This document shows, in pieces, positions 19,157 to 31,500 of a stretch of 64,000 nucleotides of DNA. The stretch lies in NCBI GenBank assembly GCA_965223905.1, contig CBDCXV010000009.1, forward strand, positions 768,001 to 832,000. Reading direction: 5' to 3'. Made by a program: the position numbers and the translations under genes. The stretch is from Candidatus Latescibacterota bacterium. Its GTDB lineage: Bacteria; Latescibacterota; UBA2968; UBA8231. A model generated the notes under the pieces. The model made no database searches. It was given only the letters and a program-made list of their open reading frames with translations, and was not told the DNA's origin. The stretch's first letter is position 1. Every line of letters begins with the position of its first letter.

Positions 19157-19215
19157 GCATGTCGACCTCCTTCGAGGAGTTCGAGGATCTTGAGATCTTC
19201 CGCCGCCTCGCCGAG
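19157..19215 (+). repeat. 59-bp direct repeat of 32679-32737 (inside the SDR gene)
   Basis: 54/59 identity by manual alignment. Confidence 0.9.
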
Positions 19216-19518
19216 CCAACCTGGAGAGGCTCTGCGCACAAGTCCACGCACGACGATACCGATTCACGTGGTTGACCCGCCGGGGCGGATCGTCCGCACC
19301 TTGGGCGACTGAAAAGCACTTGCGTGGCGCGTTGTCTTAAGGATCCTGCCGGGCTGGTCCTACTTTCGCCTGAGCCGGTCTCAATTCTCCAGCCCCGCCT
19401 CCTGCAAAAAAAGCGTTTGCCAACGGACATCCCCTGTCCTCCTCGCGCATATCTTCATCCCGTCCAATTGGGGTACAGCCCATCCGCATGGGTGACTTAA
19501 CCCAGAGGAGCTGAGGGA

Positions 19519-19780
19519 ATGAAAGCCGCAATCGGGTGTCTCATCGGGCTGATGGGACTGTGGAGCCATGCAGGGGCCGAGCCCCGGGTCGAGGACCGGG
19601 TTCCGCTACTCTCAGGCGCAACGGTTCCCGGCACGCACACGGCCCGCCGGGACGCCACCGATGCGGCGGCGCAGGCCGTGGGCGCCGGGGTGTATCTGTA
19701 CCGCCTCAGCGGGGGCGAGGCGAAGATCACCCGGTCGATGCTGCTGATCGACGGACAGGCGGGGATTCCGTCGGGTGGGA
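19519..19780 (+). pseudogene. Internally deleted remnant of an N-terminal-FlgD surface protein gene (same family as 55036)
   Basis: Signal peptide plus AEP..E.RV, joined directly to DATD...VGAGVYLYRL...TRSMLLIDG; similar to 55198-55660. Confidence 0.75.
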
Positions 19781-19870
19781 GCGGGTCGAACGTCCTGGAA
19801 GGCTGCGCCGGATTCACGGGACCGATTTCCAAGGCTGCGTTTGACCTGCTTATCATGTTCAGGTTTCCCT

Positions 19871-20809
19871 TCACCTGCGGTAGCGGATGCGAGCTACCGC
19901 CCCACGAGCAGCAAGCTGTCCCCGCGCATAGTGACCTGGCATCGTCGGCGACCGCCAACGGCCGGCTGTCTGCATTTCGGCAAGCGAAGCACCGCCGGCA
20001 GCGAGCGACTCAGCGCCGCCGACGCGCAGCGAGTGACCGGAAACCCCCTTCACGCCAATGGCCGTGCATCGGCGTTTGATGATCTGTCGGACGCTTGCGG
20101 TGCTTAGTTCCTTCTCGCCCCCGACATTTCCGCCTCGATGGAGGCGGCGAAATAGCGGCCCGCAGGTAATCCTGGCCGCTTCCAGCCACGCCTTGACCCT
20201 GGCCACGGTAGGGGGACCCAGATAGAGCACGACTCCGATCCCTTCCTGGTCCGTCTTCGAGTGGCGGATGGTAACGCGGCCGCCATCAAGTTCGAAAGCG
20301 AGATCGTCGACCTGGAGAGCTACCAGCTCGGAGACGCGCAGCAAGCCGTCCGACATGACCGAAATGATCGCCGCGTCGCGCCGCCCCTGGATGGACCCTT
20401 CGCCAGCGGCGATAGCCGCGGCGGCCTCGGCTTGCGAGAAGTTCACGCCGCTCGCCTGACCTCGTCCTCTTCCTCGCCCCTGGCGCCGGATCCCGGCAAG
20501 AACCCGGTTGGTTCGGGGACCTACCGGCGGTGGAAGGTCCTGCAGCTTGGCCCGGAACTTGAGCGCAGCGACTACCTGGGAGCACGTCGCCGGCGACTTC
20601 TCGGCATCGTACAGGGCGGCGAGGTAGTTGGCAACGACGGTATCGGTGACGGGGTTGTCGCCGATCGCTTTGTCGAACCTCGCCAGCGCGGCCGTATAAG
20701 CCCGCTTGGTGTTGGCGGAAATGCTGGCCTGGACGAGCTCGAGGGCCCGACTTGAGACAGTGAGGGACGGCGCTTGTTTGACGGCGACTGGTGCGGTGTG
20801 GGTGCTCAT
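19871..20809 (-). CDS. Cre-like tyrosine recombinase
   Basis: SANTKRAY, RDAAII..GLLRVSEL, HSKTDQ, HSLRVG, AGRW, HY; full R-K-H-R-W-Y catalytic set. Confidence 0.92.
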   Translation of the reverse strand: MSTHTAPVAVKQAPSLTVSSRALELVQASISANTKRAYTAALARFDKAIGDNPVTDTVVANYLAALYDAEKSPATCSQVVAALKFRAKLQDLPPPVGPRTNRVLAGIRRQGRGRGRGQASGVNFSQAEAAAAIAAGEGSIQGRRDAAIISVMSDGLLRVSELVALQVDDLAFELDGGRVTIRHSKTDQEGIGVVLYLGPPTVARVKAWLEAARITCGPLFRRLHRGGNVGGEKELSTASVRQIIKRRCTAIGVKGVSGHSLRVGGAESLAAGGASLAEMQTAGRWRSPTMPGHYARGQLAARGAVARIRYRR

Positions 20810-21509
20810 TTCATGTGCCGATAAGATGTCCTCTAGGACGACCTGAGGTGTACTCCGTCAACTGACAGAAAAATGGGGTGAAATAAGGTGCATTTTCATG
20901 CTTCCTGGACCGGGGTTGTTTCCCGTACCGAGTACCGGTACGGGCTGGCATACCCCAGCGCTTAGTGAAAGCGATCCAAGCTATTTAACTCGAAAGGAAA
21001 CCGTTCAGTTCCCTGGAAGATTGGGGCCGAAAAGGCTCGGTCTCGAACCGCCGCCAGCGGTTTCCGCAGAGGTGCCAGTCGACCTTGTTGTCGACGGTAT
21101 CCAGCGCCTCGAAATCCAACTTGTGGCGAAGTAGCGCCCCCCCGGGCGGGAGTGCGCGACCTTATAATTTAACGCGACCATATTGTTATCAAATGTTATA
21201 AAATGATTCTTATAAGATCGGTTAAACAATCTATTTACCGAGTCCATTGTCCGCAAATGGTCGAAAATCTTCCCGGATATGTCAAGCACTTTTTTCGCCC
21301 AAACGACAGGCAGACCCAGGGAGAGCAGTCTGAGCGACGCAAGTTGTTTCCCATTTTCGCCCTCATGATCTTCAATTTCGGAACGGGGCCGGACACAGTC
21401 TGGCCGATTCGCTGACGAGAACGGCGCCTTAAACGACGGTTTCCTCCCCCCGGCCATACGGTAAACGTCGGATCGGCCCTCGATTGATCCCGCCTCGGGA
21501 TTCGCCCCC

Positions 21510-22337
21510 GCCGTCGCCGATATCCACCCCCGGCGGTGCTCGCCCGCATCGGCCGCGACCTGGTGAGAAACGGAGAGTCCCTCCACATCCTGGAGGTGGT
21601 CGACGGCCGCCTCGTTCTGGTGTCCGCTGAATGGGACGTGGTAGGCGCCTGGCCAACCCTGGCATGCTACCAGGTCGACGTGCCCCAACCCGGCCTCGAC
21701 CGACAGGGCCCCGGCCCACCTGCCGGCCGGCTGGTATTGGTTCTCCTGACCTGGGAATCGGACCCGGGGCGAACCCCCTGAAGAGGGCGACCGCCGCCCG
21801 GGAGCAACCATATCAGGCGAACTGGCCTCGCGCCTGAAGGCCCCCACCTCAGCAGCGAAGTCCTCGGCCAGGGCGGCCACTGGTGGGTAGGGCCCAACCT
21901 TTCGAGGGCGACGATAAAGCGGCCAAACCCGGTTCCTGCGTTAAGCCCGGAAGGCCCCCAGCCTGACCATTCTGTGGTATCTCCGCGACCCTTCCGGGGT
22001 CCACGGCGTACCGCAACGCCTCTGCGCCCATCCGCCCGATCCCCTGGTTTCCCAGCGCACCGCCGCCTGGGCGACCCTGCTGGCCGTTTGCGGCGTTCCC
22101 GAGGCCGTCGACACCCGCGACGGCTGGCGCCCACTTCGTCCACGCCCCCCCCGGTTGCCTCGTCGCCTGGAGGTCGAACGGCAGGCCAAGGTCGGGCCCG
22201 AGATCCGGGTCGACCTCTCCGAACTGGCCCGCGCCGACCTGGCGACCCGGGCCCCGCGCCTTCGGCAGCTTCATCGACGCCAGGGTGCCCGAGGCCGACG
22301 CCCGCCAGTTATGGGACCTGCCCACCCCCGGAATTGA
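21510..22337 (+). pseudogene. Multiply frameshifted phage portal-like gene
   Basis: Fragments across frames: LARIGRDLVRNGESLHILEV, QRLCAHPPDPLV, LLAVCGVP, RDGWR.FVH, VDLSELARADLATRA(RAFGSF). These resemble HK97-type portal proteins. Confidence 0.55.
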
Positions 22338-22542
22338 CCCCCGGGAAATGGCCTATTTGGCCACATGCGGCCCGGTTCCTTCCAAGTCCCCCGGGTCGGA
22401 AATGGACGCCTCCAGGGGCCCGGATTACTAGCGATATCCGATCATATCGCAGCTAATCCAAACAGCAACGAAAGCTTCGAAAAACGGCTTGAGATGCGAA
22501 CTAAGCCATTCAAACCAAGAGGATGAGGGGAGCACCCATATA

Positions 22543-25500
22543 ATGGATACCAGGCACGCGTTACACGAGGCAAGAAGATGGGGATGGGGAGGAATGCTCG
22601 TTTTGCTGACCATGTCGTTTCTCCCAAGGGGGATGCAAGCGCAGGAATCGTCGTTTGGTCCTCCAGAAGTGACGGTGAAATCTGGACCGGAGCAGCTCAC
22701 GGTGGAGTGGGACGAGGTAGAGGGGGCCACCGGCTACAAGGTGCAGTGGAGGAATGCCTCCGATGAGGCGGATGCGGAAGATACTGAGTGGGATGCCAGC
22801 CGTCAGGCCATGGAACCCGGGACGAGTTCGAGTAATCTCATCCCGGGTCTGGACCCGGCCCTCACGTACGAGGTGCGGGTTTTCGCCAAAGACATGTACG
22901 GCGACTACAGCAATCCTTCGAATGATCCCGATGGTGACGGTACTCCTATAGATCCATCCACCACTGGCACGCCGGCACCGGGCAAGGTGACGGGCGTGAC
23001 GGTGACCATTCCCATCGCCGCGGGACAGCTCACGGTGACCTGGGACAAGTTGGAGTTAGATAACCTCACTGGCTACAAGGTGCAGTGGAGGGATAAGGTG
23101 CAGTGGAGGGATCCGGATGAGGTAGCCTCTTGGGATGATTTCATGCCCGACGAGGACGGAGCGGACGGCGACAACCAAGAAACGCTGGACGCATCCCCAC
23201 CCCCAACGACCTATTCGATTCCAGGTTTGTCGGCGGAGAACACGTACACGGTGCGGGTGATCGCCACCAACGAGCCTATTCCCGCCACCCCCAACGCCGA
23301 CGAAAGCGACGGCGGCGACGGCACCCCCTCAGACGACGCCACAGGCAGGCCGAGGCCAGGCCAGGTGAACGGCCCGGATGAAGAGGCTACTACCGATCCT
23401 TTGATGGTAGAACCCGGTGAGGGGAAACTCACCGTGAAGTGGGAGTTGGTCACGGGGGCCGACGAATACAAAGTGCAGTGGAAGTCGGGGACGCAGGATT
23501 GGGACCCGATCAACCGCCAAGGCATGGAGGGCGAAGACGCAATCAGTCATGAGATTACGGGTCTGACGGCGGGCACCGAATACACGGTGCGGGTGTTCGC
23601 CATGAACACGAGCGGGCCCGGCATGCCATCAGAAAACGTCATGGGCACGCCGCAGCCGGGCCAGGTGACGGGGGTGATGGTGACCTCCGGCGTGGCGGAG
23701 CTTACGGTGCAGTGGACCGCGGTCTTGGGAACTGGAATTGGATACAAGGTGCAGTGGAAGTCGGGGGACGAGGAGTACGACGAAACGGGGAATACCCGCC
23801 AAGCAACGACGACCGCAACGAGCCATACGATTTCTCCTTCACCGGCTCTGACGGTGGGCACCGAGTACACGGTGCGGGTGATCGCCACACACGATCCGGC
23901 CGGAAATGCGGTAGAGGATATTTTTCCGGCCGACGGCACGCCTTCAGACGACGCCACAGGCACGCCGAAGCCGGGCTTGGTGCAGGGCTTGGTGCAGGTC
24001 ACGCCCACCCTACCGGGGGAGATCACGGTAACTTGGGACCGGTTGGAGGGGGCAGATAGCTACACGGTGCAGTGGAAGTTGGCGACGGAGGTGAATTACG
24101 ACGGGACCCGCCAAGAGGAGATCGGCCAGCCGGAAAGTGGTGATCTTTCGCATAGGATTACGGGGCTGGGGCGCACCGCGCACACGGTGCAGGTTTATGC
24201 CACAAACGATGGGGGGGATGGCGCGGCCACAGAAAAACCTGCAACCCCGGGAACCCCGGGGGACGACCAGGTGACGGGCGTGACGGTAACTCCCGGCTCG
24301 CAGCAGCTCACCGTGGAGTGGGTCCCGGTCACCGGGGCCACTGAATACAAGGTGCAGTGGTGGAAGGGAACCGCGGGATCATACGCAGATGCTCTTGAGG
24401 GGGACAAAGGCGATGCCTCGGGGATTCGTGGTGCGCGGTATACGATCAGGAGCCTGGATGAGGACACCGAGTACATGGTACAGGTGATTGCCGGGGAGGA
24501 GGGCGCACCCTCCCCAGTGACCGATCAGTGGACCAAGCCGGGCCAGGTGACGGGCGTGACGGTGCCCACTCCCACCACCGCGGGACAGCTCACGGTGACT
24601 TGGACGGCGGCTACCACTGCCGGGGTCATCGCCGCCGAGGGTGGCTACAAGGTGCAGTGGAGGACGGGGTCAGAGAATTGGGATCCCGGCCGCCAAGTCG
24701 ACGTGGAAAATGGGAATGCGGAGGAAACGACGATTGGCGATGGCACGCCGACTGCGGATATGCCTCTGGGGGGAACCCTCTACCGGGTGCGGGTGATCGC
24801 CTACAATGATGGCGGCGACGGCGACCCCTCAGGCGAGGCCACAGGAACGCCGTTGGCGGCCCAAGTGGCAACCCCGACGGTGAATGCCGGCCCGGAGCAG
24901 CTTGAGGTGGAGTGGGACGAGGCAGATGGGGCCTATAGGTACAAGGTGCAGTGGGAGGTGGGTTCATCTTTCACACCTGGCTTTACACCCACCGAAGGCA
25001 CCAACCAAAAAACAGTAGCCGGGACCGAGACCAGTTATACGATTCCGGGTCTGACGGGGGGAACCGAGTACGTGGTGCGGGTGATCGCCGAAAACGCGAG
25101 CGGCACGCCGGCCGCGGGGACCGCGAACGCGACAACAGGCACGCCGGAGCCGGGCATGGTGGGAACCCCGACGGTGACTCCCGGCCCGTTGCAACTGGCC
25201 GTGGAGTGGGACGCGGTCACGGGCGCCACCAGCTACAAGGTGCAGTGGAGGGATCCGGAAACTGATGACTCTTGGGATGCGTGGGATGCGGATGATTTCA
25301 CACCCGATGGCACAAACGAAGCAACGGTGCAAGCACCCACAACGATCCATACGATTTCTCCTAGCCCGGCTCTGTCGGCGGCCATCACCTACACGGTGCG
25401 GGTGGTCCCCGTAAACGCGAGCGGGGATGGCGCACCCTCAGCCGACGCCACGGGCAGGCCGGCGCCGGGCCAGGTGACGCTCGTTGCTCAGGATCTAAAC

Positions 25501-28500
25501 GCAGACCCCCCCGTGCGCCCTGTGAATCCCGGTGAGGAGCAGCTCACCGTGAATTGGGTCGATGTTATGGGGGAGGATGAATACAAAGTGCAATGGAAGT
25601 CGGGGACCGATGATTGGGACCCAAGCAACCGCCAAGGCATGGAGGACGAAGACGCAACCAGTTCTACGATTACGGGGCTGACGGCGGGCACCCCGTACAC
25701 GGTGCGGGTGATTGCCGTAAACACGAGCGGGGACGGCACGCCCTCAGCCGAGGCCACAGAAACGCCGAAGCCGGGCCAGGTAGGAACCCCGACGGTGGTC
25801 TCAGGCGAGGGGAATCTTACGGTATCGTGGACCGCGGTTTCTGGAACTGGAATTGGCTACAAGGTGCAGTGGAGGGATGGGAGTACTGTTGCCACTTGGG
25901 ATGGTTTCACACCCAGCGAGGGCACCAGCCAAGAAACGGTGACCGGAACGAGCCATACGATTCCGAGTCTGTCGGCGGGAACCGAGTACACGGTGCGGGT
26001 GATCGCCACACACGATTTGACCAACAACGACCCGATGACGGACGACGGCACGCCTTCAGAGGACGCCACAGGCACGCCGAAGCCGGGCCCGATAGGAACC
26101 GTGACGGCGACTCCGGGCGTCCGGTCTGCTGAGGTAAGCTGGCCCAGGGTCACCGGGGCAGATAAGTACATCCTGCAGTGGAAGTTGGCGACGGAGGTGA
26201 ATTACGACGGGACCCGCCAAGAGGAGATCGACCAGTCGGAAATTGGTGGTCTTACGTATAGGATTCCAGAGCTGACGGCGGGCACCTCGTACACGGTGCA
26301 GGTTGCCCCCCAAAACGAGGGGGGGGGCAGAGGGGATTTTGGAGAATCATCCGCTTTCATCCCAACAGCGGGGACAAATAACCAGGTGGTGGGGGTGGAG
26401 GTGACTTCCGGCTCGGAAGAGCTCGAGGTGGAGTGGGACCGGGTCCCTGGAGCCACTGGATACAAGGTGCAGTGGAATAGTGATGGTAATTACGACGACT
26501 TAGATGATGCGGCTGATGATCCTGACGACAGAACGTCAGATGTGTCCGGGACCAGTTATACGATTACGGGTCTGACGGGGGGCACCCTCTACGCGGTTCA
26601 GGTGATTGCTACCGTGGCCGGGGAGCCTGGAGATCCCTCAGCCGCCGGGCCCACACGCACAGGCACCCCTGCGCCGGGTCAGGTGGAGAACGTGCAGGTG
26701 ACCCTCGGCCAGGGGACCCTCGACGTATCGTGGGATGCGGCCCCGGGGGCCACTGGTGGATACACCGTGCAGTGGAGGGAGGATTCGCAGCTGTACAGCA
26801 CCCGGTCAAGGATGAAAGAGGTCGCTGCAGGTGCAAATCCACCTACGATGACAACATTAACAGAGATGGACCTTCGGGGTCCTGGCCTTTTTATGCCTGC
26901 GGGTCAGAAGTACTGGGTGCAGGTTTACGCCAAACACACAGATGAAGGGGCTGGCCCACCCTCAGAAGAAGTCACCGGCACGCCGTTGCCGGGCGAGGTG
27001 ACCCCGACGGTGACTCGCGGCCCGCAGCAGCTCGAGGTGACGTGGGACCTGGTCCCGGGGGCCACTGGATACACGGTGCAGTGGAAGTCGGGGAGCCAGG
27101 ATTGGGACAACTTGGGTGATACGGATGACACCAGAACGGCGCGCTTGGGAAATGTGTCCAGTCATACGATTGAGAATCTGACGGCAGGCACTCAGTACAC
27201 GGTGCAGGTTTTCGCTTCAAACGCTGGCGGGTTGGGGCCGGCCTCGGATCTACAAAGAGGCACCCCTGCGCCGGGCACGGTGACGGGCGTGTCGGTGACT
27301 TCCGGCTCGGGGGCGCTCACGGTATCGTGGACGGCCGTCCCGGGGGCGGCTGGATACAAAATCCAGTGGAAGTCGGGAGAGGAAACGTTCGAGGATGCGG
27401 CAACCGACAACCGCGAAGGCCGGAGAACGGGTCTGAGTTACACCATCGAAAACCTGTCGGCGGACACCGAGTATACGGTACAGGTGATCGCCACCTTGGA
27501 ACTGAGCAATTCCAACGACCCGGAGACAGACGATAGCGCTCCCTCAGCCCCCCCCGCCACCGGCACGCCGTTGCCGGGCCAGGTGGCAAATGTGGATGTG
27601 GGGATCGGCGCGGGGAAGCTCCTGCTGTCGTGGGACGAGGTTACCGGGGCCGACGACTACACGGTGCAGTGGAAGTCGGAGGATGAAACGTTCCCGGATG
27701 CCGCAACCGACAACCGCGAAGCAACGGATATTTCGGGGACGAGGTATACGATTGAGGGCCTGACGGCGGGCACCGAGTACACGGTGCAGGTGATCGCCTC
27801 CAACGCGAGCGGCGACGGCGATCCCTCAGAAGAAGCAACAGGCACTCCGAACGAGCTCGCTGAGGGCCAGGTTGCGAACGTGGTGGTGACTCCCGGCGCC
27901 GGGGAGCTCATGGTATCGTGGGACCCGGTAGCAGGGGCCACCGGCTACACGGTGCAGTGGAAGTCGGAGACGGACGCGGATTACGATGCGACCAGCCGCC
28001 AAGCCTCCGGCTCGGATATTACCGGTACGAGTTATACGATTCAGGACCTGACGGCGGGCACCGAGTACACGGTGCGGGTGAGGGCTACCGTGAATGGGTC
28101 CGAGGGAGATTACTCGGACGAAGCCTTCGAAACGCCGTTGGAACGGCCGGCCCAGGTTGCGAACGTGGTGGTGACTGCCGGCCCGGAGCAGCTCATGGTA
28201 TCGTGGGATGCGGCCCAGGCGGCCACCGGCTACAAGGTGCAGTGGAAGTCGGACCAGGAAACGTTCGAGGATGCCGCAACCGACAACCGCGAAGCCTCGG
28301 GTTCGGATATTACCGGTACGAGTTATACGATTGAGGATCTGACCGCGGGCACCCAGTACACGGTGCGGGTGATCGCTACGGGGGCCTTGGTCGGCGGTGC
28401 ACCCTCAACCGGTGACCCCTCAACGGAAGTCCCAGGCACTCCGACGCCGGGAATGGTGGTGGACGTGACCGTGACTCCCGGCGCGGAGCGGCTCACGGTA

Positions 28501-31500
28501 TCGTGGGGGGCGGCAGAAGGGGCTACTTTTTACGATGTGTTGTGGAGATCGGGATCGGAGCAATATAGCCCCCCTGACCGGTTAGCCAGGGTGACCAGCG
28601 GTACGAGTCATGTGATTCCGAATCTGACGGGAGGCACCGAGTACTATGTGTGGGTGTTTGCCTTGGCGGGTTCGCCCGAAGCCCCAGTGGCGGGGCCGCC
28701 GGTAGTGGAGGTGGCAGGCACGCCGTTGAGGCGGCCTACGGTTACGCCGCGGCCTGATCCACAGCCGCAGCCACCTCGACAGCCACAGCCGCCCACGCAG
28801 CCGCAGCCGCAGCCCCCGGCCGCCAAACCGCCTGCGGTTTTGACGCCGCCTATAGTGAACCATGTCAGCCTGAATGCGGTCGATGGCGGGCTTCAGGTCC
28901 GCTGGCTGTCGCTGGCCAAAGCCGGCTACAAGGGACCGGTGACCGGCTACAAGGTGCAGTGGAAATCCGGGTCGCAGTCGTATGCCTCGGCCCGCGAAGA
29001 CACCGCTGCCGGCCCGCTCACGTGGATATTCCATACCATCCCGGACCTGAGTCACGAGACCGAATACACGGTGCAGGTGCTCGCTTTCAACGAGCACGGC
29101 GACGGCCCGGCTTCTCAGGAGCTCACCGGCACGCCCAAGGAGGACAAGCCGTCCACGCGGATCGCGGGGACCCTGAGAGGGGCTGTACGGGGTTCGAGTG
29201 GTCAGCAGCCGCGTGGCGACCGTGTCCAGCAGTCGAGTCTGGGTCTGGGCCCGACCGGGCATCTGGACGCCGGCCAGGAAGTGACGCTGACCGTGTCGGT
29301 TGCCGAGGTCGCCTCCTATGTCCTGGAAGTGACCGGAGGACGGGGGGTCACCTTGACCGGGGACGGCGTCACCGACGAGGGCGAAGGCCGGGCTCAGCTG
29401 GATGCGGAGTCCTGGTCTGACAGGCAGCAGCGCACCGTGGTGCTGAAAGACACGGCTGCGGTGGACACCTTGTCCGTGGCGCTTCTGGATACGGACGGCG
29501 AGCAGGTGGCCGCCCTGGGCCCCCGGATCGTCTACAACCCGGAGGTGCGTCACGGCATTCGGGTTACGGGCCTGCCGGACACCCTGGCGGTAAACCGGAC
29601 CTATACGGGTGACGTAACCCTGCTGGACCAGTACGGCAACGTCCGCGTCGCCGACGACGACCGCGAGGTGGAGCTTTCGGCCAACCAGGCAGGCGTCATG
29701 TCGTCGCCGGCCGACCTGACCGCAGGTACCGGGGAGTTCTGGGTACGCAGCGATTCGCTGTTGACCCGGCCGCTGGTCCTGACCTTCCGTGATGGCGCGG
29801 TGAGCCAGTCGGAGACGGTCATCGTGCGGCCTCTGGATGCACCGGATGAGCTGGTGGCCGTTGATAATCCGGACGATGAGGGCGGATTCGTCCTGCTGAC
29901 CTGGGATCTGTCGGTAGACCATTCGATTCTGGACGGCTACCACATATACCGTGCGCCAGCAGGTGGTGAACCGGTGGATTGGGGTCACGTAGCAGCTGAC
30001 CCCGAAGCGACAGAGGGCCGCGTCGTGGTAGCCACGCTCGACACGGCCACCACGGCTTGGGGCATCGCCGCCGAACTGGAGCTCGACATGGAGCCGGATT
30101 CGGGAGAAGGCGAAACCCCGGTGACCCCGCCGCCCGACGATCCCCCGACCAATGGGAGATCGTCGAGTATTACCCTGTCGTCGGGTATCGTTTCCGCCAC
30201 GCCGGAGGATGACGACATGGACGACGACATGGACGGTGACATGGACGGTGACATGGACGGCGGCATGGACGACGACATGGATCCGAAGAAGGTTCGGCGC
30301 TCCTCGGTTACGCGGTCGGGTTCGGTGCGCGCCGTCGACAATGTCGCCCCGTCGGCGGTTCGTGAGTTCCGTGCAATCGACGCTCCCGACGACGACGGGG
30401 GCCGCATTCTCCTGAGTTGGGAAGGCTCGCTGGCCGACACCTCGGTGACCCGGCGGGTCGCAGGGGCGATCGGTCCGGTGGTTTCGGACATGAGCCGCGG
30501 GGTTGCGGGCTATCGCATCTACCGCCAGCCGGCCGAAGGGGCGTTTGCGCTTTTGGACACGGTCGGGCGCAGCGCAACCTCCTTTGTCGATACGACGGCC
30601 GTCAACGGGGAACGGTTCACCTACACGGTGGCTGCCTTCGACGAGGACAACGAGACCCGCTCGGAGGAACGGTCGGCCATGGCCATCCGCAACAACGAGG
30701 TAGACGTCAACGGACAGGCCATCACGGGCCTGTTCGGTGCCGACCGCCAGGTCGGGTTCGACGACTACTTCCACTTCGCCGACCACTACGGTTCGGCGGC
30801 ATCGGATGTGGAGTGGGACCCCGCGTTCGATCTGGCCGCCAAGCAGTCGGTGGGCGAAGCCGGGCTCAACGTCTTCGCCGAGAACTTCGGTCGCCAGACC
30901 GCCTCGGCGGCCAAGGTGATCCCGTTGCGGCCTGGCCGAAACGAGCAGACGCGGCTGGATTTCTACGGCGGCGTCCCGCTGCCGCGGGTCGGCGAGGAGT
31001 TCGTGCTCACCGTGCACCTGAGCGACTTCGATCTGCTCAAGGGCTACGGCTTCCAGCTCGAGTTCAACGGCGAGGAGCTGGAGGTCGTTCGCGCCGTGGC
31101 CGTCGACAACGGCCTTGGCGAGGGCCCCCTGGCCTTGCCGCAGGTCCTGGGCGCAGGGGACGGGAAACGGGCCATTGTCGCCTACGGGGATGCCGTCTCG
31201 GAAGGCACGGTGGCCGTGGATCTGGTTTTCCGCGCTCTCCAGGAGTTCGAATCCGGCTTCATCAAGGTCACGGAAGGCCAGGTCCGCGACGGTGCCTTTG
31301 CCGTCAACACCCTGGCCTTGCCGGCCCCGGTGGAGATGGAGACGCTGCCGGAGGTGTACGCTCTGGGGTTCAACTACCCGAACCCCTTCAACCCGGAGAC
31401 CACGATCAAATACGCGCTTCCTCAGGCGTCGGACGTGGAACTGGTGGTCTACAATTCGCTCGGCCAGAAGGTGCGCACCCTGGTGTCCGAACATCAGGGC

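Noticed and set aside
19043-19160. Minus-strand gene starting MRKIPLPEDEYLLRLGQ with an AAGGAGG RBS
   Set aside because: The RBS and ATG are the reverse complement of the SDR-derived repeat and the ORF overlaps the DUF1778 fragment; cannot be supported.
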